From Planctomycetota bacterium (GTDB taxonomy: Bacteria > Planctomycetota > PLA2 > JAEUHO01), in the NCBI GenBank assembly GCA_050248855.1, contig JBFWRP010000020.1, positions 19,620-83,619 on the forward strand: a stretch of 64,000 bases of DNA, read 5' to 3'. The notes under the pieces were generated by a model. That model made no database searches. It saw only the letters and a program-made list of their open reading frames with translations, and was not told the origin of the DNA. Positions 1-9,769 of the stretch are shown here, in pieces (the stretch's first letter is position 1; the number at the start of each line of letters is the position of its first letter). A program made the position numbers and the translations under genes.

Positions 1-1
1 C

Positions 2-1903
2 GAGCAGATGACGGGCGAGCAGGGCCCGCTGGCGCAGATGCCGCCCGCCGTACGCTCGCTGCTCGAGCAGATCGGCAACCTGCAGGGGCAGATCGCGATC
101 GCCCTCCTGGGCATGGACCCGGCGACCGGGCAGCCGACCGTGGTGGCCAGCCTCGACTTCGGCAAGAACGTGGCGAGCTTCCAGCAGTTCCTGCAGACCG
201 CCAAGGACGAGCTCGACCCCGAGGGCGAGCATGTCAAGGTCGTCGAGCGCGGCGGTCGCTCGTGGTGGGACATCCGCTTCGAGGGCGGCCCGCCGCTGAC
301 GGCCACGGTGCACGGCACCACGTTCGTGATGGGTACCGACCCGGACGCCATGGCCGGCCTGCTCGATGGCCAGGCGCACGCGGCCTTGTCGGCCGAAGGC
401 GGCACGTTCACGTCGCTCCGCACGCGCGCCGGCGGCGACGACCTGGCCGTCTTCGCCTACGTCAACGTGCCGCGCATCGTGGAGCTGCTGCGGGACGGAC
501 CGCTCGGTGACCGCGAGCTGGCCATGGCCAACGCGCTGGGGCTCGACACCGTCCGCGGCGTGGCCTACGGCATGAGCTTCCAGGGCGACGGCTTCCGCGA
601 CGCCTTCCTGCTCGACACGACCGGCGCCGAGCACGGGTTGGCCACGTTGCTGGACATGCCGCCCTACGAGCCGCGCTTCCTGAAGCACGTGCCCGCCAAC
701 GCCTTCTACTACGCCGAGGGTAAGGCCTCCTACGACCAGCTCATCGAGAAGGTCCGTGGGATCGCCAAGGCGATCGATCCGCGTGCGGTCGAGGAGATGG
801 ACCAGGGGCTGGCGTGGATCGGCGACCAGCTGGGTGTCGACATCGAGGGCGAGCTGCTCGCCGGTCTCGACGGCAGCGCAGCCGCCTACGCGGCGTTCCC
901 CGAGACGGGCGGCCTGTTCCCGGAGTACGTCTACTTCCTGGGCGCCAAGGACCCCACGGCCTTCGAGGCCACGATGGACCGCTTCGTCCAGGGCCTGGCG
1001 GGCATGCTCACGCAGGAAGGCGACGTCATCGCCACCACCCGCACGCTCGACTACCGCGGTGTCACGCTGCACGTGCTCGAGCTGCAGGGCGACCGCCGTC
1101 GCGAGATGGTGCCCTTCATGCCGACCTGGGCGCGCTTGGGCGATGCCTTCGCGATCTCGCTCGTGCCGCACACCTTGAAGGAAGTGGTCCTGCGCGCCGA
1201 GTCCGGCGGGCCGGCCCACGGCGGGCTCGCCGCCCAGGAGGACTTCCAGGAGATCCTCGCGGCTCGGCCGCGGGACGCGGGCACCGTCGGCTACCTGGAT
1301 CTCCAGGGCATCCTGACGCTGCTCTACGACACGGGCGCGCCCCTGCTGCAGATGCTGGTCAAGCCCAACATGCTGCCGCCGGACATGCCGCCGATGGACT
1401 TCGCGCTGCTGCCGGCCACGCGCACGCTCCGGCCGTACCTGCGCAGCGTGGGCATCTACTCCACGTGGAACCGCGACGGCATCAGCGTGGCCGTGCAGGG
1501 CCCGATCCCCATGGCGGCCGTGGTGATGGCGGTTGCGGCGGTCGCCGGCTTCGCGATGGCTCGCGGCGTGGCGATGGCCCCCGCCCAGGAGGCGGAGCTC
1601 GATCGTGTCATGCGCAAGCCCACGGAGGCCTCGAGCCTGGAGCGCGTGCAGCGCGACATGGCCGAGATCCAGGCCCGCGACCTCGCCCGCTCCGTGCGGC
1701 TCTTCGTGCTGAAGAACGACCGCATCCCGGACACGCTCGAGGAGCTCATCGAGTCCGACGTGGTCAAGGTGCTGCCCAAGGACCCGTGGGGCAACTCGTT
1801 CCGCTTCGTTCCCGTCGACACGGCGGCCAAGCGCTTCCAGCTGGTGAGCGCCGGGCCCGACGGCGACCTGGGTACGGGCGACGACATCTCGATCGACGGC
1901 TGA
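2..1903 (+). CDS. DUF3352-like protein with a TM helix and C-terminal type II secretion pseudopilin GspG-like domain (probably 5'-truncated)
   Basis: Frame open from window start. Hydrophobic segment AAVVMAVAAVAGFAM followed by GspG-like C-terminus LPKDPWGNSFRF...LVSAGPDGDLGTGDDI. Confidence 0.6.
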   Translation, partial: EQMTGEQGPLAQMPPAVRSLLEQIGNLQGQIAIALLGMDPATGQPTVVASLDFGKNVASFQQFLQTAKDELDPEGEHVKVVERGGRSWWDIRFEGGPPLTATVHGTTFVMGTDPDAMAGLLDGQAHAALSAEGGTFTSLRTRAGGDDLAVFAYVNVPRIVELLRDGPLGDRELAMANALGLDTVRGVAYGMSFQGDGFRDAFLLDTTGAEHGLATLLDMPPYEPRFLKHVPANAFYYAEGKASYDQLIEKVRGIAKAIDPRAVEEMDQGLAWIGDQLGVDIEGELLAGLDGSAAAYAAFPETGGLFPEYVYFLGAKDPTAFEATMDRFVQGLAGMLTQEGDVIATTRTLDYRGVTLHVLELQGDRRREMVPFMPTWARLGDAFAISLVPHTLKEVVLRAESGGPAHGGLAAQEDFQEILAARPRDAGTVGYLDLQGILTLLYDTGAPLLQMLVKPNMLPPDMPPMDFALLPATRTLRPYLRSVGIYSTWNRDGISVAVQGPIPMAAVVMAVAAVAGFAMARGVAMAPAQEAELDRVMRKPTEASSLERVQRDMAEIQARDLARSVRLFVLKNDRIPDTLEELIESDVVKVLPKDPWGNSFRFVPVDTAAKRFQLVSAGPDGDLGTGDDISIDG

Positions 1904-1961
1904 GCCAAGCCGTGGGGTGCCCGCCGTTGCGCGGGCGCCCCGGTTCGGACAGGCTGATCGG

Positions 1962-2987
1962 ATGCACGACTTCCGTAGCGACACCGTGACGCGCCCGACG
2001 CCGGAGATGCGCCAGGCCATGGCGGAGGCGGAGGTCGGGGACGACGTGCTCGAAGTCGATCCGACCGTCGCCACGCTCCAGGAAGAGGCGGCGCAGCTGT
2101 TCGGGCGCGAGTCCGCGCTGTTCGTGCCCTCGGGCAGCATGGGCAACCAGATCGCCGCGCGACTCCATGCCAGCGCGGGCGAGGAGGTCGCGCTCGGCGA
2201 CGGCAGTCATTCCTTCGACTGGGAGATGGGGGCTTTGGCGGCCCTGAGCGGGTTGCAGGCCCGTCCCCTGCCGGCCCCGCGGGGTCGGATCGACGTGGAA
2301 GCCGCGCGCGTGGCGCTGCGTCCGGCGCCCGCGGGACACCGTCCCGCCTGTCGTCTGTTGATCGTGGAGAACACGCACAACTTCCACGGCGGCGCGATCG
2401 TCCCGCTCGACCACCTGCAGGCGCTGCGCGCCGTGTGCCGCGAGCGCGATGCCGCGCTCCACCTCGACGGCGCACGACTCTGGAACGCCGCGGCGGCCAC
2501 GGGCACGCCTTTGCCTGCGTACGGCGCCGTCGCCGACAGCCTCATGGTGTGCCTCTCCAAGGGCCTTTGCGCCCCCGTCGGCTCGCTCCTGATCGGCGAC
2601 CGGTCGCTGATCGAGCGGGCGCGCCACGTGCGCAAGCTCTTCGGCGGCGGGATGCGCCAAGTGGGGGTCTTGGCGGCTCCTGCCCGCATCGCCCTGGCCC
2701 GCATGCGCGGTCGGCTCGGCGACGATCACGCCCGCGCCGCGCGCCTGGCCGCAGGTCTGGCGAGACTCCCGGGGGTCACGCTCCCCTTGGGTCCTCCGGA
2801 CACGAACATCGTCTTTGCCGCGTTCGGGGGCCGGGCGGCGTCGGACCTGGTTGCGGCGCTGGAGCGGCGCGACGTCCGCGCCATCGCCACGGGACCCTCC
2901 ACGATCCGCTTCGTGACGCACCACGACGTCGGCGACGAGAGCGTGGACGTCGCGCTGGCCGCGCTCGAGGGCGCCCTCGCCGCATGA
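1962..2987 (+). CDS. ltaE: Low-specificity L-threonine aldolase
   Basis: N-terminus DFRSDTVTRPT, VGDDV, PSGSMGNQ, ENTHN, HLDGAR, CLSKGL (PLP lysine), GGGMRQ. Confidence 0.92.
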   Translation: MHDFRSDTVTRPTPEMRQAMAEAEVGDDVLEVDPTVATLQEEAAQLFGRESALFVPSGSMGNQIAARLHASAGEEVALGDGSHSFDWEMGALAALSGLQARPLPAPRGRIDVEAARVALRPAPAGHRPACRLLIVENTHNFHGGAIVPLDHLQALRAVCRERDAALHLDGARLWNAAAATGTPLPAYGAVADSLMVCLSKGLCAPVGSLLIGDRSLIERARHVRKLFGGGMRQVGVLAAPARIALARMRGRLGDDHARAARLAAGLARLPGVTLPLGPPDTNIVFAAFGGRAASDLVAALERRDVRAIATGPSTIRFVTHHDVGDESVDVALAALEGALAA

Positions 2988-4144
2988 AGCGTGTCGTCCG
3001 GGTCGTGACGCGGTTGAACCGCGGCGGTCCGTCGCGGCAGATCGAGGCGCTTGCACCGCGCCTGGCCGAGCGCGGCTGGTCCGGTCCGGTGTTGGCCGGC
3101 TGGCCGGAGCCGGGCGAGGGCGATGCCTTCGAAGACCTCGGCCGTCTCGGCGTCCCCGTGCTGCGCGTGCCGTCGCTGCGGCGCGGGCTCTCGCCGCGGC
3201 GCGACGCGCGCGCGCTGCGGGAGCTGCTGGGGCTCCTGGAGAGCGAGCGTCCCGACATCCTCCACACGCACCAGGGCAAGGCCGGCGCGCTCGGGCGGCG
3301 TGCTGCACGGCGGCTGGGGATTCCCGTCGTGCACACGTTCCACGGCCATCACTTCGACACGCCGGGCTGGCGGGGCTGGCTGGTGCGGCGTGTGGAGCGG
3401 GAGCTCGCGCGATCGACCGACGCCCTCGTGGCGCTTTCGTCGCGCCAGGCGGACGACTTGCGTCGCGCCCTGGGTCCGCGCCATGCGCCGCGCATCGTCG
3501 TGATTGCGCCGGCCCTGGATGCGGACGCGTTCGCAGCGGCCGCGTCGGCGGAGACCGTGCAGCGTCCGGCCGCGGGACGCTGGCGTGTGCTCTTCCTCGG
3601 ACGCCTGGTGGCGGTGAAGCGCGTGGACCGCTTGATCGAGGCCACGGCCCTGTTGCGGGAGCGCGGCCGCGACGTGGAGCTGCACCTCGCGGGTGACGGT
3701 CCGTTGCGGGTCGCGTTGGAGCAGCAGGCGAGGGCGCGTGGCGTACACGAGCACGTTCGCTTCCTCGGTACCCTCGACCGCCCGCAGCCCCATGTCGTCG
3801 CGGCCGATGTCGTCGCACTGGCATCGCAGAGCGAGGGCACGCCGCTGGCGCTGCTCGAAGCCATGGCGCTCCAGCGGCCGGTCGTCGCGCCCGCGGTGGG
3901 GGGCATCCCGGACATCGTGAGCGACGGGGTCCAGGGTCGGCTCGTGGAGGACGCGTCCCCCGCCACGCTCGCCGCAGCCCTGGAGCACGTCCTTGCCGAC
4001 CGCGCGCGGGCGCGGGCGATGGGCCAGGCCGCAGGGCGTCACGTGCGCGATCGTTTCGGCCCCGAGCGCCTCGCCGACGAGACCGCCGCCCTCTACGACC
4101 GCCTGACGAACGGCGTCCAGGGGCGCGTACCATCGGCGCCATGA
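2984..4144 (+). CDS. Glycosyltransferase family 4
   Basis: VTRLNRGG, PDILHTHQGKAG, HTFHGH, GRLVAVKR, SEGTPLALLEAMA. ATGA overlap with ltaE. Confidence 0.9.
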   Translation: MKRVVRVVTRLNRGGPSRQIEALAPRLAERGWSGPVLAGWPEPGEGDAFEDLGRLGVPVLRVPSLRRGLSPRRDARALRELLGLLESERPDILHTHQGKAGALGRRAARRLGIPVVHTFHGHHFDTPGWRGWLVRRVERELARSTDALVALSSRQADDLRRALGPRHAPRIVVIAPALDADAFAAAASAETVQRPAAGRWRVLFLGRLVAVKRVDRLIEATALLRERGRDVELHLAGDGPLRVALEQQARARGVHEHVRFLGTLDRPQPHVVAADVVALASQSEGTPLALLEAMALQRPVVAPAVGGIPDIVSDGVQGRLVEDASPATLAAALEHVLADRARARAMGQAAGRHVRDRFGPERLADETAALYDRLTNGVQGRVPSAP

Positions 4145-5106
4145 GCGTCGACCGTCCCCCGCCGGCGACCGGGTCGGTGCACCCGCTGCGCGACCCGTCG
4201 CTGAAGCCGCCGGAGGCGCCGCGCGAGCGGCTGGCCCCGTGGCTCAAGAAGCGCCTGCCGCCCCAGGACAAGGTGCGCGAGGTGAAGGCGCTCGTCGAGG
4301 GCCTGGACCTCCATACGGTCTGCCAGAGCGCGCGCTGCCCCAACCTCAACGAGTGCTGGTCGCGCAAGGCGGCCACCTTCATGATCCTGGGCGACATCTG
4401 CACGCGTACGTGTCGCTTCTGCACGGTGCCCAAGGGCAAGCCGCTGGCGCTGGACACGCGCGAGCCCGAGCACGTGGCCGAGGCGGCCGCCCGGCTGGGC
4501 TTGCGCCACGTCGTCATCACGTCGGTCGATCGCGACGACCTGCCCGACCAGGGCAGCGGGCACTTCGCCGCGACGATCGAGGCCGTGCGCAAGCGCCTCC
4601 CCGAGAGCGTGATCGAGGTGTTGACGCCCGACTTCCGCGGGGATGCCGGCTGCGCGGATCGCGTGGCCGATGCCGGCCCGGACATCTTCAACCACAACCT
4701 CGAGACGGTTCCGCGCCTGTACAAGCGCGTGCGACCGGGTGCCGGCTACCAGCGAAGCCTCGACCTGCTGGCGCGCGTCAAGGAACGGCATCCCGAGCAG
4801 TTCACCAAGTCCGGTCTCATGCTGGGCCTGGGCGAGGGCGAAGACGAGCTGGGCCAGGTGCTGGCCGACCTGCGCGCCCACGGCGTCGACATCCTCACGC
4901 TCGGTCAGTACCTGCGGCCCACGTTGGCCCAGCTGCCCGTCGAACGCTTCATCCCGCCGGAGGAGTTCGACGGCTGGCGGGACCGGGCGCTCGCGATGGG
5001 CTTCAAGGCCGCCGCTTGCGGGCCCTTCGTGCGTTCCTCGTACAACGCCGAGGCGGTCTACGAGATGCTGGGCGCGCGCTCGGGCGCCGGCAGCGACAGC
5101 GTCTGA
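4141..5106 (+). CDS. lipA: Lipoyl synthase
   Basis: CQSARCPNLNECW and CTRTCRFC clusters, ITSVDRDDL, NHNLETVPRL, TKSGLMLGLGE, VRSSY. Confidence 0.97.
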   Translation: MSVDRPPPATGSVHPLRDPSLKPPEAPRERLAPWLKKRLPPQDKVREVKALVEGLDLHTVCQSARCPNLNECWSRKAATFMILGDICTRTCRFCTVPKGKPLALDTREPEHVAEAAARLGLRHVVITSVDRDDLPDQGSGHFAATIEAVRKRLPESVIEVLTPDFRGDAGCADRVADAGPDIFNHNLETVPRLYKRVRPGAGYQRSLDLLARVKERHPEQFTKSGLMLGLGEGEDELGQVLADLRAHGVDILTLGQYLRPTLAQLPVERFIPPEEFDGWRDRALAMGFKAAACGPFVRSSYNAEAVYEMLGARSGAGSDSV

Positions 5107-5111
5107 CGCGC

Positions 5112-6428
5112 ATGGGCCAGCGCGTCGCGTACGTCGAGGCGCCGTCGGGCATCGCCGGCGACATGCTGCTCGGGGCGCTCGTGGACCTGGGGCTGCCGCT
5201 CGAGGTCCTGGAGGACGTCGCGTCGCGCCTGGGCGTCGGAGGCCTCTCCGTGCGCGCGGAGCGGGTGGACAAGAACGGGCTCTCCGCCGTGCAGGTGGAC
5301 GTGCTGCTGGACGGACGGCGCGTGGGCTCGGCCGGGCACGAACCCGACCACCGGCACGATCGCGATCACGGTCATGCGCACGACCACGGTCATGCGCACG
5401 ACCACGGGCACGACCACCACGATGATCGACACCACGTCCACGCGCACGAGCACGGCCATGTCCCGCACCACCATCTCGCCGACGTGCGCCGGCTGCTCGA
5501 GCGGCTCGGTCCATTCGATGCGCCGCCGTTGGACCGGGCGTGGTCCGCCTTCGAGGCCCTCGCCGTAGCCGAGGCGCGCGTGCATGGCGTGACGCCCGAG
5601 GAGGTCGCCTTCCACGAGGTGGGCGCCGCCGACGCCGTGCTCGACATCGCCGGCGCGTGCCTCGGCCTGGCCCACTTGGGCGTCGAGCGGGTGGTCGTGG
5701 GGCCGTTGCCGTGGGGCCGCGGCACGGTGCGCTGCGCGCATGGCCTGATGCCCAACCCGGCGCCGGCCACCGTGCACCTGCTGGCGGGGCATCCGACGGT
5801 GCCGAGCGAGGCCACCTTCGAGCAGGTCACGCCGACCGGCGCCGCGCTCGTACGCGCCCTGGCCGCAGGCCACGACGTGCCCGCGGGCTTCGTCCCCGAG
5901 CGCGTGGGCCTCGGCGCCGGGCGCCACCCGGGCCAGGGCCTGCCCAACGTCGTGCGCGTCACGATCGGCACGGCGCCGCCCGTGACCTCGCGCCAGCGCG
6001 TCTGGCAGGTCGAGACGAACGTGGACGACATCTCCGGCGCCGTGGTCGCGCACGCCCTGGAGCAGGTGCGCGAGGCGGGCGCGCTCGATGCATGGGCCGT
6101 GCCCGTGACCATGAAGAAGGGCCGACCTGGCGTGATCCTGGGCGTGCTCGCGGACGAGGGCGTGCGTTCCGCCGTGGAAGCCGTGCTCTTGCGCGAGACG
6201 GGCTCGCTCGGCGTCCGGGCGTTCCCCGTCGAGCGCCGCATCCTGGCCCGTCACCACGTGCGCGTGGCCACGCCGTACGGCGAGGTGCGGGTCAAGGTGC
6301 GCACCGACACGGACGGCCCCGAGGGCATGCCGGAGCTGGACGACTGCCGGCGCCTGGCCGAGGCCGCGGGCGTGGCCATGCGGCTCGTGCTGCAGGCGGC
6401 GCAGGCCGCCTACGACGCCTCGCGCTGA
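5112..6428 (+). CDS. larC: Nickel-pincer cofactor biosynthesis protein LarC
   Basis: SGIAGDMLLGAL, His-rich insert, FHEVGAADA, CAHGLMPNPAPAT, TPTGAA, ETNVDD, MKKGRPG, ETGSLGVR. Confidence 0.92.
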   Translation: MGQRVAYVEAPSGIAGDMLLGALVDLGLPLEVLEDVASRLGVGGLSVRAERVDKNGLSAVQVDVLLDGRRVGSAGHEPDHRHDRDHGHAHDHGHAHDHGHDHHDDRHHVHAHEHGHVPHHHLADVRRLLERLGPFDAPPLDRAWSAFEALAVAEARVHGVTPEEVAFHEVGAADAVLDIAGACLGLAHLGVERVVVGPLPWGRGTVRCAHGLMPNPAPATVHLLAGHPTVPSEATFEQVTPTGAALVRALAAGHDVPAGFVPERVGLGAGRHPGQGLPNVVRVTIGTAPPVTSRQRVWQVETNVDDISGAVVAHALEQVREAGALDAWAVPVTMKKGRPGVILGVLADEGVRSAVEAVLLRETGSLGVRAFPVERRILARHHVRVATPYGEVRVKVRTDTDGPEGMPELDDCRRLAEAAGVAMRLVLQAAQAAYDASR

Positions 6429-7372
6429 GCTGCGGGAGTGCGCGGGGCCAGCGCCGTGGCCACCGTGGCCGTGGCGAAGGGCACCACGATCCAGAACGAG
6501 CGTGGCTCGTGCAGGATGTAGTGCTGGCTGACGTAGGCCGCGACGCCCAAGGGCAGCGCGAGCCAGCCGATGCGCACGAAGGTCGGCACGCGCGCCCAGC
6601 CGACGAGCAGCGCCACCAGCAGGGGTGCGATCCACGGCGCCTGGAACCAGAGCGTCTTGTGGAGATCCTGGTTCCACCAGGGACTGTCGCCGTCGATGTG
6701 CCCGCGATGGCCACCGAGCGACCAGCGTACGGCGAGCGGCACGGCCAACGAGGCGGCCAGGACGACCAGCATCGACAGCGTCGTGCGCAGGAGAGGGCGT
6801 CCACGCACGAGGCGCAGCAGCCCGGCCAACGCCGCGAAGGCCGCGTGCTTCTCCCACACCATGCCGAGCGCCAACGAGCCGAGCGCGAGCATCCCGAGCG
6901 GGGCCTCGCGCTCGTGGGCGCGCAGCAAGAGGCAGGCGCCGGCCAGGCCCCACGGCTCGTAGGGGTGGTGGAACTGCCAGCGGAACATCACGTGGGCGAC
7001 GCCGACGAGCACGAGCCCGCCGAGCAGGGCATCGCGGGGACCGACGTAGGTACGCAGCCAGACATGGTGCGCCAGCACCAGGGCCACGAGCCCGAGCAGG
7101 GTGTTCCACCGGAACACCGTCTCAAGCGGCGCCCCCGTGCGCACGCGGACCTCCTCCAGCACGCGCTCGATGACGTGGCACTTGTACTGGTAGGGGTCCG
7201 GCGCGGTGCCGGCCAGGATCTGCTCGTGCAGCTCGGCCTTGCGCTCGGCGTAGGGGCCCTCGACGGTCTCCAGATGGGCGCGCGCCATCCAGAGCGCCGC
7301 ACCGAGCAGCAGCACGCCCACGATCACGCGGGAGGCTGCACGCTCGTCGTCGGTGCCAGGGAGTCCGGTCAT
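6410..7372 (-). CDS. Hypothetical polytopic membrane protein
   Basis: 3' part of ORF 6410..9091 from MTGLPG. Multiple hydrophobic helices. Start overlaps the stop of the upstream aminotransferase. Confidence 0.6.
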   Translation of the reverse strand: MTGLPGTDDERAASRVIVGVLLLGAALWMARAHLETVEGPYAERKAELHEQILAGTAPDPYQYKCHVIERVLEEVRVRTGAPLETVFRWNTLLGLVALVLAHHVWLRTYVGPRDALLGGLVLVGVAHVMFRWQFHHPYEPWGLAGACLLLRAHEREAPLGMLALGSLALGMVWEKHAAFAALAGLLRLVRGRPLLRTTLSMLVVLAASLAVPLAVRWSLGGHRGHIDGDSPWWNQDLHKTLWFQAPWIAPLLVALLVGWARVPTFVRIGWLALPLGVAAYVSQHYILHEPRSFWIVVPFATATVATALAPRTPAAQREAS

Positions 7373-8472
7373 CCGAACAGCTCGCGGGCGGCCTGGGCCA
7401 CGCCGTCCAACGCCGGCCCCAGGATCTCCTCGTCGAGGTCGTACGAGAGGCGTACGTAGGCCGGTCGCTGGAAGTAGCTGCCGGGCACCACGAGCACGCC
7501 GTGTCGTGCCTCGCACTGCGCCGCCAGGCGATCGCCCTGGTCCGCTTCCGGTCCCTCGCCGACGCGTACGAAGCCGCTGATCCCGCCATCGGGTCGCACC
7601 CAGCTCACGTGGTCCGTGGCCTCGATCCAGCGGTCCACCTGCTGAAGGCGCCAGGCCGCGCGGTCGCGGATGATCGCGGCGCGCTCCCGGCCGTGGGCCA
7701 CGTAGCGCGCCGCTTGCGCCATCAAGGTTCCCGAGAGCGCCGGGCAGACCACGTCGTCGACTTCGGCGAGGCGCTGGATCACCTGCTCGGTGCCCAGGAT
7801 CCAACCGGCCCTCAGGTCGCCCAGCCCGTGGACCTTCGTGAGGCTCGAGGTGACGAGGAACTGCGGGCCGCGATGGACGGCCGACGGGCGCGGCACGGGG
7901 TCGAAGTCGGCATAGACCTCGTCCACGACGATCCACGCCCCGGTCGCGGCGGCCAGGTCGGCGAGCGCCTCGAAATCCTCCTTCGTCAAGCGCTTGCCCG
8001 TCGGGTTGTGCAGGTCGCTCACGAACACGAGGTCGGCGCCCTCGCGGCCAGCCTGCTGGACCGCCAACGGGTCGAAGGCCCAGCCCAGCTCGGGTCGCCG
8101 GGGGAGCGGGCGGAACGTCGCGCCGACCTGGTCCGCAATGGCCCGGAAGGCCCCGTAGCCCGGCTCCTCGGCCCAGATGCGTCCGCCGCGCGCGAGCGCC
8201 AGGCCGACCAGGAAGTTGGCATGGCTCGTGCCCACCGTCGGGTGCACCTGGCCTGGGTCCATCTCGAAGCGGGCGGCGAGGGCCTCGCGGTACGCCGTCG
8301 CACCCTGGGGGGCTCCCGACAGCGGGCCCACGCCGAGGTCGGCCAGGAGCGCGTCCGCCGGCGGGCGGATCCCGCTCATCCCCAGGTTCATCGGGCGGTC
8401 GAAGCCCAGGCGCTGCTTGGCGTAGCGCATGTAGGGAAACGGCGGCAGGGGACGGGCACGGTCGTCGGCCAT
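7369..8472 (-). CDS. PLP-dependent aminotransferase class I/II
   Basis: HNPTG, IVVDEVY, SSLTKVHGLGDLRAGW, GVLVVPG motifs. Confidence 0.88.
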   Translation of the reverse strand: MADDRARPLPPFPYMRYAKQRLGFDRPMNLGMSGIRPPADALLADLGVGPLSGAPQGATAYREALAARFEMDPGQVHPTVGTSHANFLVGLALARGGRIWAEEPGYGAFRAIADQVGATFRPLPRRPELGWAFDPLAVQQAGREGADLVFVSDLHNPTGKRLTKEDFEALADLAAATGAWIVVDEVYADFDPVPRPSAVHRGPQFLVTSSLTKVHGLGDLRAGWILGTEQVIQRLAEVDDVVCPALSGTLMAQAARYVAHGRERAAIIRDRAAWRLQQVDRWIEATDHVSWVRPDGGISGFVRVGEGPEADQGDRLAAQCEARHGVLVVPGSYFQRPAYVRLSYDLDEEILGPALDGVAQAARELFG

Positions 8473-8528
8473 GGGTACCCTCGGAGAGCGGTCGGGAACG
8501 ACCCCGACCGGCGCGTGGGGATCGTGGC

Positions 8529-9758
8529 ATGCGCTGCCTCGCCTTCCTCCTGCTGACCCTGGTCCTCGCCGGCACGGCGCGGGCCGAGGATCCGCCTGCG
8601 CCCGGCGCTCCCGCGCCCGAACCTCCCGCGGCTCCTGACGACGTGGCCCCGCCGTCCTCGGCCGAGGACGGCGCGGGTGCCGAGCCGCCGCCCCAGCCGC
8701 CCCCTCCGGACCTGCCGCGCGTGGGCCGCGTCCGGGGCCAGCGCGTCAACGTGCGGGTCGGCCCGCGGATCGGTGGGCGGCCCGTGACGCAGGTCGATGA
8801 CGGCGAAGTCGTGCGCGTCATCGAGCGACTGCCCGGCTGGGTCGGCGTGACGCTGCCGCGCGGCTTCAAGGTCGCCGTGGCCGACGAGTACCTGCAGGTC
8901 GTCGATCCGGACACCGTGCTCGTGACGGCGGATCGCCTCACGCTGCGGTTGGACCCGCCCGCCGCCGAGGGCGGCGACCCCGGGCCGGCGTTCACGGACC
9001 GCGTGGAGCGCGGAGCCCGCCTTGTTCGCATCGAGCCGGCGGCGCCCGGGTGGACCTGGGTCGTGGCTCCCGAGCCCGTACGCGTGTACATCCACGCCGA
9101 CTACGTGGACGTCGCGCCCGCGGACCTTGCCGACGCGGAACGCGGGGAGCGGGCGATCGAGGCCGCTCGCGCGCACCGCGCCGCCTGGGTGAAGGAGCTC
9201 GCCGACGCGCGCCTCGAGAACCGCCGCCGTCGGGCGGAGAGCGCGCTGCGCGACGCGCTCGGCACCGTGCAGGAAGGCCTCTACCACGCTCGCAACGAAG
9301 GCGGCTTCGATCGCGCGCCGATCGTGGTCTTGGCCAACCAGCTGGACCAGGCCCTGGACACCACCGGCGAGGCGCCGGCGCCGCTGCGTCGCGTGGCCAC
9401 GGCACTGCGGGACGACCTGGAAGGGGAGATCGCCCTGCGCGTGGCGCGCAGGGACGCCGCCATCGCGCGCGCCCGCGGCTTGGACCCGGGGCCCGACGCG
9501 CGTCCGGCGCCCACGGTGAGCCAGGTGCGGCTCACCGGCGTGCTGCGCTTCGAGCCCGTGCCCGGTTGGCGAACCGGCGGCGCCTGGATCCTCTGGACCG
9601 GCGACGAACCCACGCACGTCGTGCAGCTCACGGCAGGCATGCCGCTCCCGCATCCGAACCTCCGGGACTACGAGGGCAAGGTGCACACCTACGTGGGCAA
9701 GCAGCCCGGCGAGCGGCTCTTCGGACTCCCGGTCGTGGACCTGGCGAAGATCGACTAG
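8529..9758 (+). CDS. Exported tandem bacterial SH3-domain protein
   Basis: Signal peptide (MRCLAFLLLTLVLAGTARA), Pro-rich linker, SH3b-like VRGQRVNVRVGP...GWVGV and second repeat VTADRLTLR...GWTWV...VYIHADYV, then a helical region. Confidence 0.65.
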   Translation: MRCLAFLLLTLVLAGTARAEDPPAPGAPAPEPPAAPDDVAPPSSAEDGAGAEPPPQPPPPDLPRVGRVRGQRVNVRVGPRIGGRPVTQVDDGEVVRVIERLPGWVGVTLPRGFKVAVADEYLQVVDPDTVLVTADRLTLRLDPPAAEGGDPGPAFTDRVERGARLVRIEPAAPGWTWVVAPEPVRVYIHADYVDVAPADLADAERGERAIEAARAHRAAWVKELADARLENRRRRAESALRDALGTVQEGLYHARNEGGFDRAPIVVLANQLDQALDTTGEAPAPLRRVATALRDDLEGEIALRVARRDAAIARARGLDPGPDARPAPTVSQVRLTGVLRFEPVPGWRTGGAWILWTGDEPTHVVQLTAGMPLPHPNLRDYEGKVHTYVGKQPGERLFGLPVVDLAKID

Positions 9759-9769
9759 CGGCCTCGCCG

